A DNA stretch of 64,000 nt from the human T2T-CHM13v2.0 reference genome, Homo sapiens, in the NCBI RefSeq assembly GCF_009914755.1, contig NC_060935.1; one strand, 5' to 3'. Each line of letters begins with the position of its first letter. Within the stretch, counting starts at the first letter, position 1. Under the pieces are notes generated by a model. It saw only the letters and a list, made by a program, of their open reading frames with translations, made no database searches and was not told the origin of the DNA. This document shows positions 1-20,812 of this stretch, in pieces. Position numbers and translations under genes: made by a program.

Positions 1-421
1 ATGTTTTTGAATCAATATATAAGGTTAGTGTTAGGACTAAGGGGTACCAGGGTAGGTGTTGGTGATACAGAGATGGATTCGAATATCTTTGTAATCAGGG
101 AACCCTCTGGAGAATGAAGGAAAGAGATGCATGTGATTATTCTATTAGTTGGTAAAAACTATCAGTGGTCCTAAACAGCCCAGTGCTATGGCAACACAAA
201 GGAAGACCATACAAACACATGTAAAAAACAACATCCCTGCTGTTATATGCCTGAGTTTAACATAGCTAGAAAAAACTTTATTCTCCATTCCATTTTCTTC
301 CTTTTCTTTTCCTCACCCATCCTCTTCCTTTTCCCTTTACTCTGACAGCAATCCCAAGAAAGACACCAATGTATATTTCCTCCAAAGAAAGAGAAATTCA
401 GTTACTATAAGAACAATAATC

Positions 422-722
<301 letters not shown>

Positions 723-1409
723 AAGAACAATAATCACCATCATTCATCAAACTGTGATAACAATCATATACTAATCCTAGAAAGTATGAAAATGAAGATC
801 CTACATAGAGTGCCTGGCACATTAACTTCTACATCTTAACATTGTTTTATGTTTCATCACTTGGGATTTTATTTGGAAAATCCTCTTTTGTTCAACGTTA
901 TATGATGCTTAATTTTTAACTTAGGGCATCGCTTTGAAAGTGTGAACAACATTTTCTATGCAGCTACATTAACTGCATAGAAGCTGCATGTTCATTGAAT
1001 TCATTAAATTCAAACTGAGGGTCAAATTGTATTCCTGTTCTATCCAGGGCTAATCCTTCTTGTTTTATATCTTGGAAATATTATCAAAATGTACTTTTTT
1101 TCTTTCTTTATTCATGATTTATTTTTGTATGTGTTTGTTATTAAAATGTATATATTTCAAAATCTCCTAGTATTTCACAGGATAGTAGCAATAGTATGTA
1201 ATTTTAGTCTTTTTAATAATAATGAATCATTTAAAATAGAACTAAGAGAGATTATTTTATTACATTGTAAGGTTTCTTTTATGTATACGTTTCTAAGTCA
1301 GGAAAAAGGCTGATGTGGTGGTTCATGCATTTATCTTTTTGATTTTGTTCCATTTTATATCCCAAACTTTTCATGATTTCCTATTTTTTTCTAATTTTCT
1401 GCTTGATAC

Positions 1410-1700
1410 CTGTTCTCCAAAAATATTTCCAAGAAGTTTTAATGTTTCCAAGAGGTTTAGTTGTATTCTATGATCAAATACATTTGAGAAATGTTACATA
1501 TAATGTGTCTTTCTTGGAAATTCACAGGGCATATTTATATATTAAAGGCTCTTAAGAGTCCTGTAGTAAATATCTTTGTTTATATTTCTTTAATCGGTGA
1601 TTCCAAATAGTCTACCAAATCCCTGTGCTGTCAATACTACTGCTGTTTTTGCTGTTTCATGCATGTTACTTATTAACATCTCAAGGAATAAACATTTACA
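1410..1700. mobile_element. Old hAT-Charlie-type MER DNA transposon relic
   Basis: Motif ...GGAAATTCACAGGGCATATTTATATTAAAGGCTCTTAAGAGTCCTGTAGTAAA... resembles recalled hAT MER consensus; boundaries approximate. Confidence 0.45.
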
Positions 1701-1964
1701 AAGACTTATTTATAATCTACATTTCTTTTGCAAGAATTCAGCTGAATAGATGAGTTAAATAAGTATCTGTTTTATACATGCATTTTCCTCAAATACTAGT
1801 TCTCAGATGATTGTTGACCTTCAATATTCCTAATTTGAAATTGAAGTTGGACTTGCTGATTTAAAGTATAGAAAACCTCTCTAGGGCATGGGCAGCATAA
1901 GGAAAATTTGGAGCAAGAATTCTTTATGATTACAGTGAACAACAATTTCATTTTTCTCATTTAT

Positions 1965-2560
1965 ATGAAAAATCTTGGAGTCATTCTTGATGCCTCTTTT
2001 TCTCTCATATCCCATTGCCAATTGTCACAATTTGTTTTGACAATTGCTTATACATACATCTAGAATCTAGAACTATCAAACAATTTTTGTCACCTTTCTT
2101 TGACCAGTGTCCAAGCCATGACCATCTTTTACTTAAATTATTGTAATAGCTTTCTAGCTCATTAACTCATTCCTCTGCTACTCCCTCGTCACGCAATATA
2201 CAGTCATCCAAATATCCAAGGAATTCTGTTAAAATATAATTGAGATTGTTTCCTTCCTCTGCTTGAAACCTTCTAATAAGTTCCCTTCTCTCTAAAATTA
2301 TGACAATGTCCTTAAAGTGATTTAAAATGCTAACTACATGATTTACCTTCAGCTACCTCTCATTTTGCATTCCTTTTTATCCTTCTTCCTTACTGCTCTG
2401 TCCCTGCCACATCAGCTAGCCATGATTTTTGCAACTTGGCAGGCCTGCCCTATGCTTTAGGGCTTTTGAGATTCCCTCAACCTAGAGTGCTTTTCATCCA
2501 GTTCTCTCCATTGTCACCTTGCTCATATCTCTTCAGTCCCTTTTCAAATGCCATGAGCTC
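1965..2560 (+). mobile_element. LINE-2 relic
   Basis: AATCTTGGAGTCATTCTTGATGCCTCTTTTTCTCTCA and downstream pyrimidine-rich L2-type sequence; boundaries approximate. Confidence 0.65.
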
Positions 2561-3288
2561 TAAAATGATCAGCTTTTGTTCCAGCTATCCTATTTCTAGA
2601 ATGCATTGTTAAACAAAAAATAGCATTCACATAAATATTGTATTAAAATATAATAAATTAAAAATACTATATATACTAGTGTTAGTATATATTACTAGTA
2701 TTACATAATGCTAGTATATGTATATATACATATATATGTGTGTACTACTCTATATAAAGTAGAGCTTTACTATACACCTAAAGCTTTACTATACACTGTA
2801 TATCATGTGGAAAACATTCAATACATAATTATTTTATATTTCTATTATACATCTATATGTAATATAGAGAAATAAAATATTAATAAGTCATCAACAGTAG
2901 AAGCATAGTTTAATACAATGATTTAATGATTGATGATGTGCAGATTCCAAAATGTTCATTTTTAAGATAATATGACAATATAAAATAAAAAATAAAAAAT
3001 CCAATAAAATATCCATTTCCTTGTCTCTGAACCCCTTAAAATCAGTGTCTCTCTCTCTCTTTTTTTTTAAATTTACATACTCATTTTCTGGCACATGTTA
3101 AGGTCTGAATGTAGTGTTAGTTAATTAAAGAATAGTGCAATCATAAACAAAATAATATTTATATAAATTAATAAATTGATAAACAAGTCATGAACAAAAT
3201 AATTATATCAATTAAGCTCTTAAATTTCAATTTTTGTTAAAGTATTTTTTCAATTAAAAAAAGCTCATTACGAGGTGACATAGTTTTT

Positions 3289-9631
<6,343 letters not shown>

Positions 9632-9757
9632 AGGTGAAATACTTTTTAGAAAAACAAGTTCAAAACCATACCTGTATAAATATATATACACATGTATAGA
9701 TGCATATATATATATATATACGTTTATAAAAACAACATGAACACATATATACATATA

Positions 9758-10580
9758 CAGTCATGTGTTGCCTAACAACAGGGATACACTCTGAGAAATG
9801 CATCAGTAGGTGATTTAATCATTGTATGAACACTGTAGAGTGTACTTCCAAAAATCTCGGAGATGTAAGACTACCACACACGTAAAGCTCTATGGTATAG
9901 CCTATTGCTCCTACGGTACAAACCTGTACGGCATCTTCTGTACTCAATACTATAGACGTTTGTAACCAAATGGTTAAATAGGTGTATATCTAAACATAGA
10001 AAAGGTACAGAAAAAATTGGGTATAAAAGAAAAAAATTGTACACCTTTATAGAGCAGTTACTGTGAATAGCACTTGCAGGACCCGAAGTTGCTCTGGGTG
10101 AGTCAGTGAGTGAGTGATGAGTGAATGTGAAGGCCTAGAACATTACTGTACCCTATAGTAAATTTAATAAAACTTATACATGTCGGCTACGCTAAATATA
10201 TTTTAAAATATTTTTCTTTCTTGAGAAACAAATTACCCCTATTTAACTATAACTTTTAAGTTTTGTAAACATTTTAATTATTTGATCCTTTATAATAAAA
10301 CTTAGCTTAAAATACAAACACATTCTACAACTATACAAAAATATTTTCTTTATTTAGCTGCCTACTGTGTTTTCTATTTATTATTATTATGTGTTTACAT
10401 TTTAAACTTTTCATTAAAAACTAAGACATCAGCACACACATTAATCTAGGCCTACACAGGGTCAGGATCATCGAAAAACGTTACTAGGCAATAGGAATTT
10501 TGCAACTCCACTATAATTTTATGGGGTGACTGTTGTATATGAGGCCTATTGTTGACCAAAAAGTCATTATTTCGTCATGT
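9758..10580. mobile_element. Tigger3 (MER7)-family non-autonomous DNA transposon
   Basis: Starts TA|CAGTCATG...GGGATACACTCTGAGAAATGCATC; internal TATGGTATAGCCTATTGCTCCTA; ends with ...TTGACCAAAAAGTCATTAT...CATG. Confidence 0.85.
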
Positions 10581-11894
10581 ATGTAGATACATACATGAGG
10601 ACCATAATAGAAGTGTTGTGTAGAATCAAAAATTACATTTCAATCATTACTAGGAAATTAGAAACATTAAACATTTTATATTCAGAATAAGCACAGGTTT
10701 AGTGAAGTATATATTTTATATATACATTCCCATCCATTGTATTTTGCAAGCCTGACATTGAAAAAAATGATTTAACTGCTTACAGAATTTTAATAAATAT
10801 TTTATGTGATAATTATTATTGGTATTATTGGTAGTTGAAATTCTCATGAAGCTATCATTTCTACTTTCTAGCTTCCAATACTTGAGAATAATTCAGTTAC
10901 AAATTTTGAAGCAAGGTGACTCTTTAGTAACAAACATTTGTTAAAGATGAAATATTTTTTTTTCCCAATTTCTAATGAATAAAGTTTTTTTGTTTTAAAA
11001 TGAATACATTGTATGTTAAACATGGGCCAGGTATGTCAAATATAGGTATAAACATAGAAAATAAATTTTAAATTATGGTGATTAAGTTTCATTTAACACA
11101 ATGAAACTAAGCTTCTAGATTTATGAGCTAATACTAGCTCTGTAGCTGAAACCTGATATCAAACTGACATAAAAAGCTATTCTACTGATTATGTGTATCC
11201 AATTATAACCACATTGTCCATTCATTATAGTCAAGTCCATTTGCTAAGATTTACATTTTTCCATAGATTACTAGTAATGATTGTGGCCAATATGATTGAA
11301 ATGAATCGAGCCTATCGTGGAATCATGTTAGCTCTCAAAGTAACATGTAATTTTCGCGTGACAGTACATCAAGAAGAAAAAAAAAATTCTGTCCTCAAAA
11401 GTTTTGCTATCCTCCCACTCATGTCAACAAATTCTGTCATTTTTGAGGCTGTATTTGGGTGCAAACAGGATAATTGAATGATCTCTAAGTGTTTAAAATG
11501 ATAAGGAATTTAGTTTTAAAAATTTATTATGGAATAGTTGAGGAGCCAAACAAAGATGAAGAGAAAATCCAGGAATGATAAACAGTAGGAAGCCACTATA
11601 GTTCCTAGTCTTGAGAAACTGAGAGAGGAAGTTGTGTTACTAGAAACCATGTCTGGCGTCTCCTGTGTGAACCTGGATTTATAGCGGGATTTGCATTGTG
11701 TTTTAAATGGTGATGTGGTGAAAATGGGAGCAGAGTATAGAGAGGGGAGTGCACATGAAGCCAGGGTAGGTAAAACGAAGTAGCTGAGAGCAAGCTACCT
11801 GTTGTTTGGGAGAAGACAGTAAATGATTAGATGAAAACAGGTATTTAGTAGTTGAAAATTTTTTAAAAAAGTAAATATACTTCATTTGTCCAAT

Positions 11895-12120
11895 CACTTA
11901 TTCATTCAACAAACATTCGTTGAGTACCTATATCATAGTAAGTGCTGTGCTAAGAAAGGAAATCAACTGACTCTTAATCTCTGTTGGCATATAGTACTTA
12001 GAGCTTGATAGAAGAAACTGAAACGGTAACATCAAATTCAGTATATTATGATAAAGTAATGTAAGTATTTATGATGGTATATTGGAGCTCAGGAAAATGA
12101 AAACTAAACCAGAATGAAAA
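11895..12120 (-). mobile_element. LINE-2 3' end relic
   Basis: TTCATTCAACAAACATTCGTTGAGTACCTA...GTGCTGTGCTAAG is the typical L2 3' terminus. Confidence 0.6.
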
Positions 12121-12859
12121 TCAAAAAGGGAAGTGACTTATAATCTTCATTTTAAAATATTAACGTGATATCGCTGAAGACACATGCTGAGAGTTATGCA
12201 TAGTCATAGAGGTGTGAGAAAGTACATTTTGTCAGTGAGTTCATGGGATTTCCACAAGTTTAGAATGTCTAATGCAAAGCATTCTTACAGTATTGGATAA
12301 TGCTAGCAAGGTCAGCGGAACCCTATGGTCTAAAACTTCCTTGAGTATTTTGCTTTAGGGAATCCCTAGACATGACCAACTGTCTTCATCATTTAGAACA
12401 ACTGCATGGATTGTAACACATGTTATTGTGGAAAATGAAAATGACCTCTAACACTTAGAAACTTTATTCAATATTAACTGCACCCCCACACCAAAGCTCA
12501 TGCAAATGATGATTTCTTTAATAGCCTCTACCAATCAGCTTCATGACTGTGCTGCTCCCACTACTTTGGGATCCAATAAAATTTTTTTGTTAGATTAGAA
12601 ATACTGTGTATTCTTTGATACTTTTATTATTGAGAATTGAATTTTATTATTCCTCCCATTAGTCTAGGTAAATTCTATAAACTGCTTTTATCAATAAAAT
12701 GCTGAGGAAGAAGGGTTGTGTATTTAGAGACCAGACGTTTAAAAACCGGCAACTTCAATTTTCCATCTCTACGAGCCCTCTCTGGAAGGACTGACCTATT
12801 CTTTAAGAAGTTTGCCTACCCTGAAAACAGCATGTGTAAACACTCTGATCAAGAAATAC

Positions 12860-13110
12860 AGATTAGCCAAGTCTTCTGGCCATCCCTGCAAAGGCAACAA
12901 CTGTGTGAATACAGCCACCTAGGATCTTCCCAGCTACACCATTTTCCAGCTGAATTCAATCAGGCAACTTTAATCAACACCATGTAATAGTTAAACTCAC
13001 CCAGCACAGCCCAGCCTGAATTCCCCAACCCCCTACCCCAAGCAAAATACTAGACATAATAAACACATGTTTTAAGGCACTATGTGTTTGGAATTATTTG
13101 TCACATATCA
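12860..13110 (+). mobile_element. MLT1-type MaLR LTR fragment
   Basis: CCAGCTGAATTCAATCAG...CCCAGCCTGAATTCC...AATAAAC...TTTTAAGGCACTATGTGTTTGG...TTTGTCACA resembles MLT1 3' half. Confidence 0.6.
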
Positions 13111-13543
13111 GGATTAATCAGAAGAGTTGCCTAAATAAAAACTTGAAGAACTTAACTAGATAAAATCCTATATGGTGGCAACTCTTAATTTTTTTAGACT
13201 TTGGTTTTCCAAAGAAAACGGTTTTCCAAATGCCAAGCCTTGTTATTATTATTATTTTCTGCCAGAAGCCAAATTTAGAAATGGGTTGCCTTATCTTGTT
13301 GATTGGTGTCTGGCAGTTGCAGATTGTAAAATGTGATGAGGATGTACTAAGGACATAGGTTAAGGGATATCATGGATCAGATATTCAAATAGTGACTGTT
13401 GGAGACTGCATGCATTAGTGGGAAGAGAAAGGTAGGAAGCACACATAACTCAAGAATGCTATGATAATGTGAGAAATAGAAAAAGGCAAGGAAAATGGAT
13501 TAGGGCTAAAGAAATAAGCTTCAAGGTCTTCAAATCTGGCAAT

Positions 13544-13800
13544 GACCAAGTTAGTTGGCTCACACCTGTAATCCCAGTGCTTTGGGAAGCCAAGATGGGA
13601 GGATCACTTGAGGCCAGGAGTTCAAGAACTGTCTGGCCAACATAGCAAAAATAAAAATAAATTAGCTCGGCTTGGTGGCACTCACCTATAATACTAGCTA
13701 CTTGGGAGGATAAGATGGGAGGATCCCTAGAGTCCAAGAGTTTGAGGCTGCTGTGACACTGCACTCCAGCCTGGGCAACAGAGCAAGACCTGTCTATAAA
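13544..13800 (+). mobile_element. AluJ element (diverged)
   Basis: GGATCACTTGAGGCCAGGAGTTCAAG and AluJ-type right arm with small deletions. Confidence 0.92.
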
Positions 13801-16217
13801 TAGATGAATACATCAGGCAAAAAATTCTGTGAGCCAGTTCCCATAAGAATTCTGCCATAGTCAAAAAACCTACACCTAGCTGGCTTTAGCTGTGTAAGGA
13901 CCATGAAACTATGTATGGTTTGGTGAAAAGGAAAGGAGAGGAGGGGGAGAAGGATTTCTTTTCATTTAAAAACTAGAAAATGTAGAAGTGTGTGAAATGG
14001 TAACAAAAACTAATAGGAGAGCTTTTCTTCCTAGAACAAGCAAGAAGAATAGTATGAAACCACCCTAAAATAGCCTATTAAATTAAATGCATTTAGTAGG
14101 GCTAGTTGGATATGTTCTTTAAAATATATTTTAGACTACTTTTGTTTGTGGAATGCTAAAATACCTTTTGACATAGAGAAAGGTCTCTGCATGGAGAGAA
14201 TACCTTCTGCTAAGTTACATGCCACTGTGCTTACATATCTTTTTACTCAAAGCCAAATTTCTGGAAACAATAGACCATTCACTATTGTCCATAAAGGTTC
14301 CTATGCCTTTGTGATTTGTACCTGAGCTACTGCAAAAGGTGCTCCTTCCACATTCCAGAGTCTTACTCCAAGAAGAGCATCTTCCGAGAGTCTTGAGAAT
14401 ATCTTCCTATTTATCATGTATGTATGTATGCATGTATGTATGTATCTATCTAATAACCAAAGGCTCATTTTTACATGTGAATGATTGAATGATTTTATTT
14501 TGCTCATAGTTATATTAAAATGTACAATAACCATGTAGTTAAATATTTTACGTAGTGAAGAATGTGCCTTATCTCTGGTTGGATTTAAAAAAATGACAGA
14601 ACTTTTTAAAAGGCAGTATCCATGTAGCATGTAAGCAGAATACTCAAAACAAATTAACTAATAAATCATTTAAAATAATCACTCAATTAATCTATATTTA
14701 TTTCCAAATATACATTTTCCCCTTTCTTCTTAGTAATAAGAACATGAATATCATTAATAAGATCTATATATCTCAAATTCCAACACTTAGGTGTGATTCT
14801 ATGACTGACTTATGTCCGGTACAATATAAAATGTAACTGACATTTGCAAACTCTAGGAAATTTCTTCAAAGGGCAAGGACATTTTTTTTCTTCTGTCTTT
14901 TGTTCTTTCCTCTGGTGAATTGTGAGCATAATATTGGAAGTGGATCATGTGGTAAATTTAGAAATAGAATCCATGTACAATAGATTAACAAAAATAGAAA
15001 GAACCCGACTCTCTGACTGAGTAGAATCCTATTCCAGCCTCTGAGATGCTACCAAATTGCACCTGATAGATGAATAAGTATTTTAAAGCCACACCTACTT
15101 ATTTCTTTTTGTCACTCATAGCTAAACATTAGCCTATGTAGTATATATTAATATGTTGTATGTTTTTGTACCACAATTGTTTTTCTAGAATTTGAAGATG
15201 ATACTATTAACTACTATTATTTTCTTTAGTAGTTTATAGAAGTATGTTTTTTAATAAAAATTATATTACTCCTTAAACATTATTTAAAATATTACCAATG
15301 ATTGAATAAACATTCATATAGATCATGAAAGAGACACCAGTATCCAATTGACTGCTATGATTTTCCAGCCTCGGGATGGCTCTGTAATTGATTGAAGACA
15401 TAGCATGGTAGCTTCTTAGTTAAAAATAAGCCCTTCTTTAAGGAAATGTTATGAAACTGACAAGCGGAACCTAATGTTAGAGACAGAGGTTAGGACTTAT
15501 GTCTCTATTGTTTGATTAAGGCCATGTTCCGAACGTAAGTAAAAGGATACTTGCATTTGCCATTGGCTAGTTATTCCTGAAATTAAAATGTTATGTCCAC
15601 TCAAACTAAATTTTGTACCCTTTTCATTCATTGCTAGCATAGGATTAGACAAAGAACCAAAAGATATGACAATTTGTACTTGCAGAGATATACTTCATAT
15701 TCATAACTAAATTTTTGAAATAGAAATTGTAAAGTTAAATAAAGTATTATTATTTTTATTGTCTGATAGGTAAGGGATTTTTACCAGTGGACATTTAAAA
15801 AACAAAAAGGAAACCTCTATTGTCTGAGAGATAAAATACATTTGTTTGTATTTCTTACATTTAAATGAGTGTTTTAAATAAATCATTTTGGTTATCTATT
15901 GTCATATAAGAAAACAACCTAAATATAAAGACTTAGATCAACAATAATGTATTATGTTTCATGTGCTGACTGAGCTCAGCTGATTGTTCTTTTGTTCCAA
16001 GTCACATCAGTCAGAATCAATATGTGACAGTATTCAGCAGGGCTGAGAGTGCAAGGTAAGTTCTCATCATATATCTGCCAATAGGTGCTTATTTTTGGCT
16101 TGGGAACTTCAGTTCTCTACATTGACTCTGTTCAACCCTTTCTATATACTCTGAGTTCTAACAGCATACACCCAAAAAGTTCAAGTCTTTCACAGGTTAG
16201 ACACAGAACTAACATAC

Positions 16218-16218
<1 letters not shown>

Positions 16219-16271
<53 letters not shown>

Positions 16272-16272
16272 A
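16219..16272. repeat. (TG)n/(TATG)n microsatellite at an L1 tail
   Basis: Directly visible dinucleotide then tetranucleotide run. Confidence 0.95.
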
Positions 16273-16612
16273 TTTAACTTTTATGTTCAGTGGTACAAGT
16301 GCAGGTTTGTTGCATAGGTAAACTTGTGTCAAGAGGTCTGTTGTACAGATTATTTCATCACCCCGTTATTAAGCCTAGTGCCCATTGGTTATTTTTTTCT
16401 AATTATCTCCCTACTTCCCAAAAGGCTCCACTGTGTGTTAATCCCCTCTATGTTTCTACGTGTTCTCATCCTTTAGATCCCACTTATAAATGAGTGAAAA
16501 AATGGCCAACTAGAAGCAGCTAGGGTTCCTCATGGAGAGGAATGGAAGGGGTGAATAAATCCAACACTTTCAACTGAAACATCCCGGTACTTGCATTGGG
16601 ACTAATCAAGAA
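16270..16612 (-). mobile_element. Short rearranged L1 (L1PA13-like): 3' end on minus (16270-16496) fused to extreme 5' end on plus (16497-16612)
   Basis: Minus-strand L1 3'UTR (GGTACAAGTGCAGGTTTGTTGCATAGGTAAACTTGTGTC) followed by AAAATGGCCAACTAGAAGCAGCTAG, homologous to the L1 5' end at ~9610. Confidence 0.8.
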
Positions 16613-16799
16613 TATGATATAATCTCTTAATGGGTTCAGTGGCATATGCATCCTAAGAAACATCTAAAAATTAGTGTGCCAAAATTCAGCATCTGAAAAA
16701 AATATATATATATTTTCTCCATTTACAAAATATGCTTACTCTTTTCCTTGGGAGTTTCATCCCATCATGGGATCATGCTTCAACCCCAAGATCTTGTAA

Positions 16800-17570
16800 T
16801 CTGCTTTACAGTTCCAAAAGTGGATGGGGTTTGATTCTGCTCTTAGTCTAAAAACCTGCAAATTGGGATGACAAGCTATCTATCTGAAAAAGACATAACA
16901 AGCAATGCTGAAACACGAACAGGGTAGCCACCATAAACACTCCCCTTCAAAAGGTTAGAGGAGGAACATAAGGCAAAGGGCAATCATATATCTGAGACCA
17001 TTCTGAAAACCAGTCAGGCATACATTACCAACTAGGCTGACTCCAGGAGCAGTGAGTATTCTCCAATTAGAGCCTTTTGGGGAACTGTTCCTTATTTTAT
17101 TGTTCTGCGTGGCTCTTGATTTTGTCTTTTGTGTTTGGGACCACGCTTTCTGTGGCATCCTTCTTTGTCCATGAGATGTGGTCTGTGTTTTCAGTTGAGT
17201 AGTTTTCTCAACCTATTTCTTATCTACGGAAATTTGAGGTCGCAGAATTTCAATTGTATGACTATTTTAGTCCAAACTGAGGCAGTTCTCTTAAAAATGT
17301 GGTAGACTTCTTATGTAACAAAGTATCATTTGTCTATTAGGCAAGGCTTTGAGCCAGCCACGAATCTATCTGAGGCATCCACATTATTTATTCTGTGCTA
17401 TGAAATTTATAGAAGTACTTTTTGTCTAGAAGAGAACATCTGAGAAATGACAACATCAATTATTAAAAGATATTAACAAGTGTTTTATAACCACACCCTG
17501 TGCCTACAATTTCCTGTCAGTGCTCCAGATTTGGTCTTTGCCTTTCACACATTTCTTTTGCTGACTGAAC
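16800..17570. mobile_element. Probable MaLR (MLT) internal sequence relic
   Basis: CATTCTGAAAACCAGTCAGGCA and surrounding sequence resemble the MaLR internal sequence in the THE1 at ~22580; boundaries approximate. Confidence 0.4.
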
Positions 17571-20403
17571 TACTCAGATTGTCCTGACATTATCTACATT
17601 TATCATCTATCTATCTCTATCTATCTTTACATACATATATTTCTCTTTTTTGGAAATTATGCTTCCAAACTTAACAGTTTTCTGCATGTTTCTACAATAG
17701 GCTAATAGCATTCTGCCTATAGATGTCCTTAACCAATTCACAATTTTGATAGGCAATATTTCTATTTTCAAGTTGCCAATGGTCTCACTAATTGATATGT
17801 CAATAATAATCCAAATAATTTTAACTACCCCATACTGAAAAGACTAAATGAGATATTTTTACATCAATTGTCTATTCTAGTGCCAGTCACACAGCCCTTA
17901 CCTATTTTTAGTTGTTCTAATTACTAAAGCTCAAGATCTGTATTCAGGCATTCCCGACTGATTCAATCAAGATTAAATGTCATTATGTCACCACTATTTC
18001 TCTATGCTTTATGAGAATCCTCTGTTACAGTTAGACTGGTATATTCTCTAGACAACAACTTACTTTTGGCTTTCACATGTATTCTTTTCCCATCTAAAAA
18101 TTTCTGCTTGCTACTCTTATAATCTATTAATAGACACAGCCCCCTCCAAGCCTTCTAAAACTCTACCAGCATACATCAAACTCTATTATTTTCTGTAATC
18201 ACATAATAACTAGTTGAGGGGCAATAGTTAGGTGACTTTACACTTAAAATTGATCATTTTCTGTTTTTTAAAATAAATAATAATAATTATACTACAATTT
18301 ACAAGGGTGCTGTGGAGATTCTGACTGCATCTGAAGGTGAATTGCAAGCTGCAGAGGAATAATAAACCACATTATAATTCTTACATACTAATCTTATTAT
18401 ACCATGAGTGGCATGAAAAAAATGATACCAATAATTTATTGATCCATACAAAATTATGAGAATTTCAATTATAAAGAGTTAACATGTGAATGATTATTTC
18501 AGTTAGAAATAGTATATGTTAAGCTCTACATTAAGCTCTATACTACCAAAACGACATTTGAAGAGAAATTTCTTCCTCCTCATTGTAGTATTAGCAGCTC
18601 TTATATGTTCATAGAAATAGAAAACCATTTCTTAAAGAGAGGAATTTTAGCCACATTATGCAAGATGTTCAACATGAGAATTAATACAGTCTGGGAAAAA
18701 CAACAACAACAACATAGTTCGCTGATACTGTTATCCAACCAACACTATAGCATTAAAAAATGAGAATTCACTGTAATCAGCAATGAAAAAAAAAGGCACC
18801 TTAATCCATATATTTTGGTTATGAACAGTGGTCCCCAAAGGGATGACTGCAGTACACACAAACATTAATTGTATTTCATGTGGCTGAGCTTTACACATTT
18901 TCCATGCATTTAATTCTAATAGGAAAAATAGGCCAAAAATCATTGTGGACAGGCTACACAAGCTTTCATGATACTGTTTTTAGGGTAGCTACTATTTTCA
19001 TTTAATTATCTCCTAATCTCTCTAAATATAGCTAGTGTGTCTTTGAGGGAAGCGCTGCATTGTTACATGAAATTTCTCCCCTGTACTCTTCAAGATCTAT
19101 TTGAAATGTCATGAATCAAAACTAGAGTTATGTCTCAGTCGAACAGACTTTTTATTTTCTTTTAACTCTCTTCCTATCATCAATTACGAATAGAGTGGTG
19201 CTTCAGCAGCAAACATAAAATTTCCTAAACATAGGATTGATGCAGAGTTATCAATCAGGAGTAAAAGTAGATTGCCTTCTATAGAGGTATCAAAATTTCT
19301 AAAGACATATGATAACTTTCATCTTTATAATAATCCTGTTTAAGCTAATATGCAAATGTAAAATCATCTAGAATTTACAACTGAGAACCCGAAACTCAAT
19401 AAGATTAAATTTTTACTGAATAACTCAGGCTATTAAGAGTCATAACCAACCTTAAACATTGAGAATCCTCACAGCACCCTTGTGAGGTGTAGTATAATCA
19501 TTATCAGGTTTTTAAAAATATCATTGGTTAAACACATAGGTTTAAGAGTGAGATCCACTTGGCTTTACTTCTTGTTTCTATCAGTTACTAGTCTATGTCT
19601 TGGATGAAGTTTCTCTTCATTTTCATGTGACATCTACTTTTAGGGCAAAAATACCCACTAGAATGAATGGCAAAATGATAAAATGAGGTAGTTCTCCTAA
19701 AACCAAATTTACATATTATTTTATAAAAGATGTTAGCTTTGTTATGGGGAATGGTCTGAGCAAAATAAATAAATAAATAATTCAAAATATAAAAGTTATT
19801 TATCATCATGATGATATTTATTATGATAGTTCACTAATTCCTGGTACTCTTTTCAAAGTAGTATGCGTCCATTTAATACTCATAAGGAAATTTAGAAAAT
19901 TCTTGCTAAAAGTGGTTAACTGATGTTACTTAAGTTATAAATTGCAAGAGACTACAACATAGAAAAGAGGAAAAGAAAGAAGAAATTTGTGCTGTATCTT
20001 TATTGTACTAGAAATCATGATAGATATGATTACATCCATTATCTTCTATGATTCATTCAAACTTGTAAGGTAGTTATTATCTTCATTTTAAACAGAAAGG
20101 AAACAATGGTTCGTATGATAAAGTTAAAATTCAAGCCAAATATTTATTGATTTACTTGCATGTCTGGCAAATAAATGATATTATAAAAAGAGAAAAAATA
20201 ATTGTGGAAAGGGAATTGAAGAACCAGAAGAGGACAATGAATGAGTCATATAAAACAGAAATCTCTCATTATCGCTGGCATTTTATTGATTAATTTAACA
20301 AGGAAGAGTGATAACTCCTGTATTCATTACTCTCTGATCCATCTGAGGCTCAGTTTCCTCACAGGCACAAACATAAAAGACAAAATAAGAATTTATACTC
20401 CCT

Positions 20404-20812
20404 AGATTAGTCCTTTCTTGCATTGCTCTAAATAAATACCTGAGATTCATTAATTTACAATGAAAAGAGTTTTAATTGGCTTTTGGTTCTTCAGGCTGTC
20501 CAGGAAGCATAGCAGAATCTACTTGGTTTCTGGGGAGATCTCAGGAAACTTATAATCATGGAGGAACTTGAAGTGTGAGCAGGCACATCACATGGCGAAA
20601 GCAGGAACAGAAGAGAGCAGGATGAGGGAGTGCTTTAAATTAAATAACCAGTTCTCCCAAGAACTCATTCACTACTGCAAGGACAGTACCAACATGATGC
20701 TACTAAATTGTTGAAGAGAAATCCACCTCCATCGTCCGATCACCCCTCTCCAACCTTGGGAATTACAATTCAACATAAGATTTAGATGAGGACTCAGATC
20801 CAAACCCTATTA
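20404..20812 (-). mobile_element. MST (MSTA/MSTB) solo LTR
   Basis: ATTAGTCC..TTGCATTGCT.TAAATAAATACCTGAGA...GGAATTACAATTCAACATAAGATTT...CAGATCCAAACC. Confidence 0.85.

Noticed and set aside
2763-2796. Short direct repeats (AGCTTTACTATACAC x2; also near 13203, 18519 and 43153)
   Set aside because: Ordinary slippage microduplications; two copies only, not a CRISPR-like array.
14235-14406. Minus-strand open segment ending at GTAAGC
   Set aside because: Acceptor lacks a pyrimidine tract and the peptide is unrecognised.
15369-15534. Plus-strand exon-like segment (TTTTCCAG| ... AAC|GTAAGT); similar isolated signals at 37749 and 58675-58743
   Set aside because: Isolated splice-like matches with no coherent chain; expected by chance over 64 kb.
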